From an uncultured delta proteobacterium (GTDB lineage Bacteria > Desulfobacterota > WTBG01 > CAIYCZ01 > CAIRTM01): a stretch of DNA of 64,000 bases. Location of the stretch: NCBI GenBank assembly GCA_963804955.1, contig CAWDSQ010000014.1:160001-224000 (forward strand), written 5' to 3'. Under the pieces are notes generated by a model. It was not told the origin of the DNA, made no database searches, and saw only the letters and a program-made list of their open reading frames with translations. Position 1 is the first letter of the stretch, and each line of letters begins with the position of its first letter. Shown here one piece after another: positions 43,502 to 52,772 of this stretch. The translations under genes were made by a program, and so were the position numbers.

Positions 43502-46500
43502 ATGAATGAGTTCAATACGATTAAAGAAACATTTGACAAGATTTACGGCTCATTGCCAATTCCCATCTTTCTGTTTGACGAAAAAGCAAAGCTGGTAAAT
43601 GCAAACCAGGCATTCCTTGCTCTCTCAAAGGCAAGCGCATCTGACCTTTCGAGCCTTTCCGTCTCTTCTTTTTTTGAGGTGCTAAAAACATACCGTTTCC
43701 CGGTTCCAGACCGCTATGTCACGGAGCTTACCAGTTTAAGCGGCGAGGTTATTCCGGTTGAACTCAATTATACAAAATTTATTGGGGCTGACGATTATGC
43801 CAAGGGCTGCATTGTTTTTTTAACTGATTTGCGGGAAAAAAATAAACTGCAGGAACATATACATCAATTATCTATTGAAATGGACGCCCTTAACATTCAA
43901 CTTGCAGGGGAAGAACCGGATCGGGCGCTGCTGGAGAGAAAGAAACTTGAACAGCAGCTAAAAGATGAAAAAGCATTTCTTGAAAATATTCTTGAATCCT
44001 GTGGCGATGGAATAATAATTTTTGATGGCAAGGGAACAATAACTCGCGTAAACGAGGCCTTTACTAAAATTACAGGAAAAGAAAAAAATGAAATAAAAGG
44101 AAATTTTAGTTCTTTGGGTCCTTACGAAGGAACATTTAAATCAACCACCGGTGAAATGATTATCCTGGAGCAGTCTTATCGTGAATATATCTACTCCCAA
44201 GTCGAGACATTCATTAAGCTTAAAGACGGTGAAAAAATTGAGAACTGGGAACTCTATGTTTTTAATAAGAAGGGCGAAGTTGTCCCTTTGGATGCTACAG
44301 CAACTGTGCAACGAAACGCTTCAGGCCTCATGACAGGCTCGGTTTGTGTCTTGCGGGACAGCACTGAAAGGAAAAAAGCGGAGAGAGCCATTAGTGAGGC
44401 GTATCAGTTTCGCAGTCAGTTTTTTACTAATATTACCCATGAATTTCGCACTCCGCTCACACTGGTACTCGGGCCTATCGAGGAAATTCTGCGTGGTGCC
44501 TTAGGGACAATCAATAAATCAATTTCAGGACAGCTCACCGTTGCCATGATGAATGCCAGACGATTGCTGAAATTGATCAACCAGCTGCTTGATTTCAGCA
44601 TGCTGGAGTCAGGAGCTAAAAATATAGTTTTTGAAAAAAAGGATCTGAAAAAATTTACGGCTGCAATACTTGATTCTTTTGCGATTGTTGCAAAAAAGAA
44701 ACATATCAAACTTAATTTTAATGCTGAGCCTGATATTCCTCCTGTCCCTATCGATTCAGGCAAAATGGAGAAAATTCTTTTTAATCTTATCGGAAACGCT
44801 TTCAAGTTTACACCTGCAAGGGGCTCTATCAACGTTACTATTATAAATCAGGTTGGATTCAGGCCTGGGACAGACTGGAATGAAATGGTTGCGAATGACT
44901 CCAATATACGAAGTGCAGTTCCGGAAGGCAATTGTGCAAAAATATCAATTCATGATACCGGCATCGGCATAAAAGAAGAAGATTTGACAAAAATATTTGA
45001 TCGCTTCAATCAGGGCAGTCTCTCTTACAATCATAGACAGGCAGGAGCAGGTATCGGCCTTGCCTATGCTAAGGAGTTGACAGAGTTTATGGGCGGGCAC
45101 ATCACCGTTAAAAGTCGGTATGGGAAAGGGTCTACTTTTTCAATATATCTTCCCATGGATAAACCGTTCATTAATAAAGAAATTGATACGCTGACATCTA
45201 CCGAGGAATTGTCATTGCAGGCTGCTGTAGAGCTTTCTGATATTTATCAGGGAGAAGACAGCATGCCGGATTGTGTCAGCGGTACCAAGCCCCTTATTTT
45301 TATCGTTGATGATAATCCGGATGTTCGCCAGTATATCTCGGGTATTATAATAAAGGACTATGATTTCATAACTGCAAGCAATGGCAAAGAAGCTTTGCAA
45401 AAGCTTGAGACACATCTCCCGGATGTCATTCTGTGCGATATTATGATGCCCGAGCTTGATGGCCATGAGTTATTAAAGCGCGTTAAAGCAACGCCCGGCC
45501 TGCAGGAAATACCCTTTATATTTTTGACTTCCCGGGCAGAAACCACCATGAAGATCGAAGGTCTTGAAAAAGGTGCGGATGATTACATTGTAAAACCCTT
45601 CAACTCTCTTGAGCTCCTTGCGAGGATCAAATCGCTTTTACGAATCAGGGATTTGCTCCGTAATGCTGAGGTACAGGAAAAGCGAATAGATATCCTCACC
45701 CAGAAGCTTCAAAAGAAATATAACTATGGAAACATTATCGGCAGCGCTCCCTCAATGCGAAAGATTTATCAGCTCATCGAGGCAATAAAAGACAGTGATT
45801 CAAATGTGCTCATTACGGGGGAGACCGGCACAGGCAAAGAGCTTGTTGCCAATGCAATCCATTACAACAGTCTGCGGAAAAATGGTCCCCTGGTATCGGT
45901 AAACTGTGGAGCAATTCCGAAAGAATTGATGGAGCGTGAGTTTTTTGGTCATGTAAAAGGGGCCTATACTGGCGCCGCTGATTCTCGCAACGGATATTTT
46001 GCAGAGGCGGACAAGGGAACCCTGTTTCTCGATGAGATTGGAGAATTGGACAAAGACTTGCAAGTGAAATTGCTGCGGGTGTTGGAACGGGGAGAAATGA
46101 TGAGAGTCGGTGATTCCAAGCCAATCAAAATTGATGTTCGTCTCATTGCTGCTACAAACAAAAATTTACTTGCCGAAGGGCAAAAGGGCGCTTTCAGAGA
46201 AGACTTGTATTACCGAATTCATGTAATACCCATACACCTTCCGCCGCTCAGGCATCGTACAGAAGATATACCAATGCTGATCGACCACTTTCTGAATAAT
46301 TTACAGGAAAGATTAAAAAAAGAGATGCCGAAAGTTACAGAAAAAGAATTGACGCTCTTTATGAACTATTCATACCCCGGCAATGTACGTGAACTGGAAA
46401 ACATCATGGAAAGATTTTTTCTGCTGGGCGGTGATGTTTCAAATCTCTTTAATGAGCACTCAGCTGATGCGGATTTGTTCCCTGAAAAGGGGACATATGA

Positions 46501-46693
46501 TGAACTTTTTTCTGCTTCAGACCCCTTGAAAACAGCTGTTCAAAAAGCAAAAGAGCACATTGAAAAAAATATTATTTTTTACACATTAAAAATCTGCAAT
46601 AATAATTATGTACAATCAGCAAAGAAGTTAAAAATAAGCCGTGCGTATCTTTATGAAAAAGTAAAGAAGTATAGAGACGCTAAAGAACAGTAG
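43502..46693 (+). CDS. Fused cytoplasmic PAS-PAS-HisKA-HATPase-REC-sigma-54 AAA+-HTH regulator
   Basis: ITHEFRTPL, NLIGNAFKFT, DTGIG, GAGIGL, IVDDN, CDIMMPELDG, GETGTGKE, FFGHVKGAYTGA, FLDEIGE, PGNVRELEN, C-terminal HTH. No TM segment seen. Confidence 0.93.
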   Translation: MNEFNTIKETFDKIYGSLPIPIFLFDEKAKLVNANQAFLALSKASASDLSSLSVSSFFEVLKTYRFPVPDRYVTELTSLSGEVIPVELNYTKFIGADDYAKGCIVFLTDLREKNKLQEHIHQLSIEMDALNIQLAGEEPDRALLERKKLEQQLKDEKAFLENILESCGDGIIIFDGKGTITRVNEAFTKITGKEKNEIKGNFSSLGPYEGTFKSTTGEMIILEQSYREYIYSQVETFIKLKDGEKIENWELYVFNKKGEVVPLDATATVQRNASGLMTGSVCVLRDSTERKKAERAISEAYQFRSQFFTNITHEFRTPLTLVLGPIEEILRGALGTINKSISGQLTVAMMNARRLLKLINQLLDFSMLESGAKNIVFEKKDLKKFTAAILDSFAIVAKKKHIKLNFNAEPDIPPVPIDSGKMEKILFNLIGNAFKFTPARGSINVTIINQVGFRPGTDWNEMVANDSNIRSAVPEGNCAKISIHDTGIGIKEEDLTKIFDRFNQGSLSYNHRQAGAGIGLAYAKELTEFMGGHITVKSRYGKGSTFSIYLPMDKPFINKEIDTLTSTEELSLQAAVELSDIYQGEDSMPDCVSGTKPLIFIVDDNPDVRQYISGIIIKDYDFITASNGKEALQKLETHLPDVILCDIMMPELDGHELLKRVKATPGLQEIPFIFLTSRAETTMKIEGLEKGADDYIVKPFNSLELLARIKSLLRIRDLLRNAEVQEKRIDILTQKLQKKYNYGNIIGSAPSMRKIYQLIEAIKDSDSNVLITGETGTGKELVANAIHYNSLRKNGPLVSVNCGAIPKELMEREFFGHVKGAYTGAADSRNGYFAEADKGTLFLDEIGELDKDLQVKLLRVLERGEMMRVGDSKPIKIDVRLIAATNKNLLAEGQKGAFREDLYYRIHVIPIHLPPLRHRTEDIPMLIDHFLNNLQERLKKEMPKVTEKELTLFMNYSYPGNVRELENIMERFFLLGGDVSNLFNEHSADADLFPEKGTYDELFSASDPLKTAVQKAKEHIEKNIIFYTLKICNNNYVQSAKKLKISRAYLYEKVKKYRDAKEQ

Positions 46694-46695
46694 CC

Positions 46696-46903
46696 GTCCA
46701 TATTTTATGGACAATGTCCAGGTTTTGTTGAATTTTAAAATATATTGTTAAATCAATTGGTTATATGCAGTATCTTTTTTTTCTGTTCCTGCCAATAAGT
46801 ACATCTTTTGACCTGACCCATTAACACTGCCTGTATCATTCAACCTAACTACCTGTAATACAATTCCATTTTAAACAATAAAGCACTCGGCATGTTTTTT
46901 GAA
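46696..46903 (+). promoter_or_regulatory. Sigma-54 promoter region: UAS-like palindrome, IHF site and -24/-12 element
   Basis: GTCCATA-TTT-TATGGAC (46696-46712); AATCAATTGGTTA, an exact WATCAANNNNTTR match (46751-46763); CGGCATG-TTTT-TTGAA (46888-46903, -12 GA variant). Confidence 0.65.
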
Positions 46904-46947
46904 TCACGACTACATGACTTTGAAATTTTTTTTGTATTTCTTAAAAT

Positions 46948-48915
46948 ATGCAGAAGGGAGCTGTAAAAAACATGAAGTTGTTAGCCACTGGTCATATTGG
47001 AAACGTTGAGATTAAAAACCGTATCGTTATGGCGGCAATGGGCGCTCATGGGCTGCATGAGCCTGACGGAGACTGGGGTGACCGTTATATTGCCTATTAT
47101 GAGGCAAGGGCCCGTGGCGGAGTTGGCCTTATTACAACCGAGGCAACCTTCGTTTCCCAGGCACTGGAGCCTTTTGCAAAAAATTTGTTTAATGTGGCAT
47201 CTGATAAACATCTGTCTTCAATGCGACGCCTTTCAGAAGCACTGCATACCTACGACTGCAGGCTGAGCATACAGCTGACCGCAGGGTTTGGCCGGGTTGT
47301 TCCGTTTCCTACAGTCCCGGAAGGTGTAAAGCCGGTTTCAGCCTCAGAGAACAAGTATTTTTATTTCCCCGACGACCCTGAATGGACAACCAGAGAGATA
47401 ACGACTGAAGAAGCAGAGGCTCTTGCCAAGGCTTTTGGCTACGCTGCCAGACGCTGCCGGGAAGCAGGAGTTGACTGCGTTGAACTGCACGGGCACGAAG
47501 GGTATCTAATGGATCAGTTCATGACCGGCCTCTGGAACCGGCGCACTGACCGGTATGGCGGATCCCGCGAAAATCGGCTCACCTTTGCACGAGAATCAAT
47601 CGAGGCAATACGGCGCGAAGCAGGTGCTGACTTTCCGATTATCTACCGCTATGGCATTACCCATTATCTTGAGGGCGGTCGGGAAGAAGAGGAAGGGCTC
47701 TGGATTGCCGGAGAGCTTGAAAAAATGGGGGTAGCGGCGCTGCATGTTGATGCCGGCTGCTATGAAACGCACTGGTGGCCGCACCCGCCGCAGTATGCTC
47801 CTCATGGTTGTTTAGTAGACCTGGCAGGAAAAGTTAAAAAGGTCAGTAGCCTGCCGGTTATTACCGTGGGTCGTTTACATTACCCAAATGTGGCTGAAAA
47901 AGCACTTGTTGAAGGAAAAGCCGATTTTGTAGCTATCGGCAGGGGACTTCTTTCTGACCCTGAATGGGTAAATAAGGTTCAGAGCGGCAGGACCAATGAG
48001 ATTATTCCCTGCCTGGGATGTCATGAAGGCTGCAAGTGGCAGATGATTGTCGGAGAACCCACAAGCTGCTCGCTCAATCCAACCACCGGGCATGAATTAG
48101 ATCGGCAACTTATTCCGCTGAAGCAGAAACGTACTCTCCTGGTGGTCGGCGGCGGACCGGGTGGTGTTGAAGCAGCCCGTGTTGGCGCAGCGCGTGGTTT
48201 TGACGTTACTCTTTGGGAGGCCTCGGACCGGATGGGTGGTAATCTCTGGATCGCTTCAAAGCCTGACTTCAAGCATGACCTTGCAGATTATGCAACTTAT
48301 CTCAATGGACTCGTACAACGTTTGCCTATAAGTGTTGTGCTAAATAAAAAGGCCACAGCCGGGGACATCAAAAACTTCGGGGCTGATTATGTCATCATTG
48401 CCACCGGAGCCGCCATGGAACCCCCGCCCTTTGACGGTGAGAACATACTGGCGGCAACTCAGGTCTTGAGCGGCAGGGAGCCGCAAGGAGAAAAAATACT
48501 GGTCATGGGCGGCGGAATCATCGGATGTGAAACTGCGATTTATCTGGTGCAACAGGGCATGCAGGTTACCATCAGTACCAGGGGTGATGCTGACGCACTG
48601 GCTAGCGACCACTTTGACCACAATAATCGCGAAATGCTTTTACTAATGATAAAGGATGCCTCTATCAATGTACTGCCGAGAACGTTTCCCGTAAGACTTG
48701 AAAACGATGGTGTGGTAGCCAGGCAAAACGGTACAGAGAAGAAGATTGCAGTGGACAGTCTTGTTTTTGCAGGTCGTTTCATAGCGGAGAATAGTCTTAG
48801 CACTGCCATAGGTACCAGTCAGAATATTTTCAGCATAGGTGACTGCGTGGAGCCCGGTCGGATTATGGATGCCGTGTGGGGAGCTTTTAAGGTCGTACGG
48901 GAAATTGAACAATAA
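46948..48915 (+). CDS. NADH:flavin oxidoreductase, Old Yellow Enzyme family (enoate reductase/BaiCD/FadH-like, with 4Fe-4S and FAD domains)
   Basis: KNRIVMAAM, RARGGVGLI, VELHGHEGYLMDQF, NRRTDRYGGS, CLGCHEGC...CSLNP, VVGGGPGG. Confidence 0.92.
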   Translation: MQKGAVKNMKLLATGHIGNVEIKNRIVMAAMGAHGLHEPDGDWGDRYIAYYEARARGGVGLITTEATFVSQALEPFAKNLFNVASDKHLSSMRRLSEALHTYDCRLSIQLTAGFGRVVPFPTVPEGVKPVSASENKYFYFPDDPEWTTREITTEEAEALAKAFGYAARRCREAGVDCVELHGHEGYLMDQFMTGLWNRRTDRYGGSRENRLTFARESIEAIRREAGADFPIIYRYGITHYLEGGREEEEGLWIAGELEKMGVAALHVDAGCYETHWWPHPPQYAPHGCLVDLAGKVKKVSSLPVITVGRLHYPNVAEKALVEGKADFVAIGRGLLSDPEWVNKVQSGRTNEIIPCLGCHEGCKWQMIVGEPTSCSLNPTTGHELDRQLIPLKQKRTLLVVGGGPGGVEAARVGAARGFDVTLWEASDRMGGNLWIASKPDFKHDLADYATYLNGLVQRLPISVVLNKKATAGDIKNFGADYVIIATGAAMEPPPFDGENILAATQVLSGREPQGEKILVMGGGIIGCETAIYLVQQGMQVTISTRGDADALASDHFDHNNREMLLLMIKDASINVLPRTFPVRLENDGVVARQNGTEKKIAVDSLVFAGRFIAENSLSTAIGTSQNIFSIGDCVEPGRIMDAVWGAFKVVREIEQ

Positions 48916-49037
48916 TTCATGTTTTCATCTTTTTTTTAATTGCAGATAAACACTCGTGCTGCAGGCACAAAAGAGAATATTTTGCCCCTTTAAATGCGAA
49001 TGCTGTTGAACCAATAAACTAGTTTATAGCTTTAATA

Positions 49038-49430
49038 ATGAAAAAAGATCAATCAATCATCGAACGTCATATGGAGCAACTGCTCTTTGATATCAAGCGT
49101 GGTTTTTTACAGTTTGTTGTGCTTTCGCTAATAGCGCAAGGACCAAAATACGCCTATGAAATAAAGCACCAGGTATATCAGGTCACCGGCGGTGCTTTTG
49201 ATATCGATCTTAATAATTTATATAAAAAATTAAGGTCTCTTGAGAAGGAGAAGATTTTAAAAAGCTCTGAAAAACCTTCGGTCCAGGGGGCAAACAGAAA
49301 GTATTACTCGCTTACTACTTACGGAAATAAATTTTTTAGTGAAGTTTTGACACGGATGAAGCCTGTCATTGGTTTATTTTATGGCAGAATGCAAAACATT
49401 TTATCGGACACAACTGAAGGAACAAAATGA
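49038..49430 (+). CDS. PadR-family transcriptional regulator
   Basis: GPKYAYEI, LYKKLRSLEKE, RKYYSLTTYG. Confidence 0.9.
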   Translation: MKKDQSIIERHMEQLLFDIKRGFLQFVVLSLIAQGPKYAYEIKHQVYQVTGGAFDIDLNNLYKKLRSLEKEKILKSSEKPSVQGANRKYYSLTTYGNKFFSEVLTRMKPVIGLFYGRMQNILSDTTEGTK

Positions 49431-50131
49431 TTGACAATACCGAGAACACCATCAGAAAACCAGTTGTTGTAGCGGGCGCTACAGGAAGGGCTGGCAGATG
49501 TATTATAAAAGAATTGTTGCACAGAGGGTATCGGGTACGCGCTCTGCTTGTGCCTCCCTTTGATCCGCCAAATCCATCAGGTCTCATCCATCCCGATATA
49601 GAGTTAGTACAGGGAAATCTTGCTTCAACTGCATCTCTTGAAATGCTTATGGAGAATGCCGACTATGTGATAAGTGCGATTGGGTCAAAAAAACCGTTTA
49701 GCAAAAAGGAAAACAACCAAATCGATAACCTGGGTAATCAGAACATTGCAAGAGCTGCACAGTCAAAGGGATTGCAGCATTTGGTGGTTATCTCTTCAAC
49801 GGGCGTTGGCAACAGCAGGGGGGCTGTGCCATGGCTGTACCGCATAGCAATGGGACCTGTACTTAGAATGAAGGAAAAGTCTGAAAATTTCATCAGGACA
49901 TGCGGCATTACCCATACAATTATCCGACCAGGAGGATATACGGAAAAAGAATTACCGGATACTGTTGTTTTCGGGGAGGGCGGTAAAATTTCCGGGCTGG
50001 TAAAAAGAGAGCAAATTGCCCGTGTATGTGTCGATGCATTATGCAACCCGGCAATGAAAAACAGAACTTTTGAAGTTGTCAATGCGGCAAAGCTCAAGGA
50101 GGAACGACGTAAATTTGTCATAACAGTTTGA
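49427..50131 (+). CDS. Atypical SDR NAD(P)H-binding protein (BVR-B/ChuY/Tic62-like)
   Basis: VVAGATGRAG, VISAIGS, VVISSTG, TIIRPGG, REQIA; no YxxxK motif. Confidence 0.85.
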   Translation: MIDNTENTIRKPVVVAGATGRAGRCIIKELLHRGYRVRALLVPPFDPPNPSGLIHPDIELVQGNLASTASLEMLMENADYVISAIGSKKPFSKKENNQIDNLGNQNIARAAQSKGLQHLVVISSTGVGNSRGAVPWLYRIAMGPVLRMKEKSENFIRTCGITHTIIRPGGYTEKELPDTVVFGEGGKISGLVKREQIARVCVDALCNPAMKNRTFEVVNAAKLKEERRKFVITV

Positions 50132-50311
50132 CGGTAATCTTTTTCATTACAGTCTGATCCAGACTATTAACTAAAAAAGCAGCAAACTCACAGTGTAAAG
50201 GCTGGTTGCTGCCTTATACATAGTTTCCAGGGTATGTGTAAGCCCCTAACAGCAGCAGTACGTAAACTGCTGACATTTTAAGTTAATAATTTCTAAAAAG
50301 GATCAGCGACA

Positions 50312-52699
50312 GTGAAAAAATTTGCTGAATTTATTGTTCGTAAGCGCTTCCTGATTATAGTCATTATCGGTATTGTCACCGGTTTTTTCATGTATGAGCT
50401 TACCAATCTTTCGGTAAAAACAATCTTGTCCGATCTGCTGCCCCAGAACCACACCTACATAAAAGTCCATAATAAAATCAGGAGTATTTTTGGCGGTTCC
50501 AATCAGGTCCTCATTATGGTCCAGGTTCGAACGGGTGATATTTTCAATCAGGATACGCTCTCTAAGATCCAATGGATAACCCGCGAGCTTGAAAAAATAC
50601 CCGGAGCTGATCCCTACAAAATAAGCTCCATTGCCGTATCAAAAATGAAGACCTTTAAATATACCTCGGGAACCATGCAGATTGATCCGCTTATGTACCC
50701 CGACATTCCGGGCAATGAGCGGGAAATGGATACACTGCGCGATAATATATACAGCAATCCACGGTACTACGGGCAATATGTATCCTATGACAGTAAAAAG
50801 AGCCTTATCATGGTGGATTTTCTTGAAGAGGATATCAACTACCGTACGGTGTTCAATGAGCTCAGTCGTATCAGGCAGCATACCGAGGATGGAAATCATC
50901 TCGTCAGCATTGCCGGCGAGCCTATGCATATGGGCTATATTGACCAGCTTATGAGCCAGGTTATGTTTGTGCTCGGCATAACGGTTTTCTGCATCATCAT
51001 AGTGTTATTTATATACTATAGAAACATACGGGCAGCGGTCCTCCCGGTATTGTCTGCTGCAATCAGCGCTGTATGGGGATTGGGCTTTATGGCCCTTGCA
51101 GGATTCAACCTCGATCCCCTTATTCTGGTTTTGCCATTTCTCATTTCACTTATGGCCGCACGCCATTCCATGCAGTGCTTAAGCCGTTATCTGGAAGAGT
51201 ATGCGCACGTTCAAAATACGCAGACTGCGGCAGTAACGACGATTGCAAGCATGTTTTTGCCGGGCCTTACAAGTATTATTACCGATGCCCTGGGCATTGC
51301 CCTGGTTGCTGTTGCGGTCATACCGGTGTATACCAACATTGCCATTGCATGCAGTTTCTGGTTCATTGCAACAGTTATTGTATCCGTGATTTTTACTCCG
51401 CTTACTCTATCATTCATTCCGGAAACAGAACGGCTCAGGAAGTATATGAGGAGAGTGCTGACTCGGGAACGTCAGGACTTTCGTGACAGATTTCTCGGCT
51501 GGCTTGGAGGCTGGCTACCCCGGCGGGGGAAATGGTATGTTGTTGCGGTTACCGTAGCAACGACTATCATAGGACTTTATTACGCTCAGCAGATAACCAT
51601 TGGGGATTTTATGCCCGGGTCTTCCATCTTATGGCCTTTTCATCGATACAACAAAGATGCATTCAGAATTACATTCAGCATGCCTTTGCTCAATCCTCTT
51701 TATATTATTCTGGAGAGCGACGGGGGGGGATTTGATGATGAAAAAGGCGGCGGATTTGTTACACAGGCTTCAACGCTCAGGGAGATGAACAGGTTTACAC
51801 GGTATATGATGCAGCATGACCGCGTGATGTTTGGCATGTCAATAGTCAGTACTGTTCCAAGATATTTAATGTCAACCTATGAGGATGATCCCCAGTGCTT
51901 TCATCTCCCCCGGGAAGATGAAGCCCTTCATTTTATTACCCGCCGTCTTCTGCACTCAGGTGAGCCCGGCACCTGGGATAAGTATGTGGACACGGAAGAA
52001 ACCTATGCAAATATAGTAGTCTATTGCCGCGATAAAATGCCGAAAACCATTGAAAGCGTGTTTCAGCACATACAGGACTATATAGCCAAAAATCCCGGTC
52101 CGCCGGGAGGAAAGTACCGGTTAGCCGGCGGCGCTGTCGGGGTACAGGCTGCAGTTCGCGAAGTCATTGCGGATTCCCAGCTATTGATTCTCATTCTTGC
52201 ATTGACAGGGGTGTGGCTGTTCAGTGCGCTTGAATTCAAGTCAATCACTGCAGGGCTTATACTTACCATACCTCTTGCCATTTCCAATGTCCTTACGTTT
52301 GCCCTCATGGCTGCCTACCAGATAGGTCTCACGGTTAATACCTTTCCGGTTGCTTCCGTAGGCATTGGGCTGGGGGTGGATTATGGCATCTATTTTGTAG
52401 GCCGGCTGATAGAAGAGAAAGAAAAAGGAGGGACACTGACCGAAGCGATATACAGGGCAATAACCACCAACGGCAAATCTATTATTCAGATAGCAACAAC
52501 TCTTACGCTCGGACTTGTTTTGTGGGCATTTTCACCTTTAAAATTCCAGGCAGAGATGGGCATTCTGCTGGCTATTCTTTTATTCCTGAATATGCTCGGG
52601 GCTCTTTTTCTTGTGCCGGCGCTTATCTGCATTCTTAAACCAAAATTTCTAACTACTATTTATCCTCCTCCTCAGACGCAGGAAAAGCAATGTGCATAA
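50312..52699 (+). CDS. MMPL/RND family transporter, copy 2 (intact)
   Basis: Two RND half repeats, LDPLILVLPFLISL, GLGVDYGIY, SPLKFQAEMG. Confidence 0.93.
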   Translation: MKKFAEFIVRKRFLIIVIIGIVTGFFMYELTNLSVKTILSDLLPQNHTYIKVHNKIRSIFGGSNQVLIMVQVRTGDIFNQDTLSKIQWITRELEKIPGADPYKISSIAVSKMKTFKYTSGTMQIDPLMYPDIPGNEREMDTLRDNIYSNPRYYGQYVSYDSKKSLIMVDFLEEDINYRTVFNELSRIRQHTEDGNHLVSIAGEPMHMGYIDQLMSQVMFVLGITVFCIIIVLFIYYRNIRAAVLPVLSAAISAVWGLGFMALAGFNLDPLILVLPFLISLMAARHSMQCLSRYLEEYAHVQNTQTAAVTTIASMFLPGLTSIITDALGIALVAVAVIPVYTNIAIACSFWFIATVIVSVIFTPLTLSFIPETERLRKYMRRVLTRERQDFRDRFLGWLGGWLPRRGKWYVVAVTVATTIIGLYYAQQITIGDFMPGSSILWPFHRYNKDAFRITFSMPLLNPLYIILESDGGGFDDEKGGGFVTQASTLREMNRFTRYMMQHDRVMFGMSIVSTVPRYLMSTYEDDPQCFHLPREDEALHFITRRLLHSGEPGTWDKYVDTEETYANIVVYCRDKMPKTIESVFQHIQDYIAKNPGPPGGKYRLAGGAVGVQAAVREVIADSQLLILILALTGVWLFSALEFKSITAGLILTIPLAISNVLTFALMAAYQIGLTVNTFPVASVGIGLGVDYGIYFVGRLIEEKEKGGTLTEAIYRAITTNGKSIIQIATTLTLGLVLWAFSPLKFQAEMGILLAILLFLNMLGALFLVPALICILKPKFLTTIYPPPQTQEKQCA

Positions 52700-52772
52700 C
52701 AGGAGATATCGCTGAGCGACAGTTGATTTACCAGCATATGCAAAACAAACAATAAGGTAAGGGGGACTTCCT

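Noticed and set aside
46948..48915. Assigning bilR, baiCD or fadH
   Set aside because: Only the family is supported; the BilR HGDR motif is absent and orthology cannot be judged by eye.
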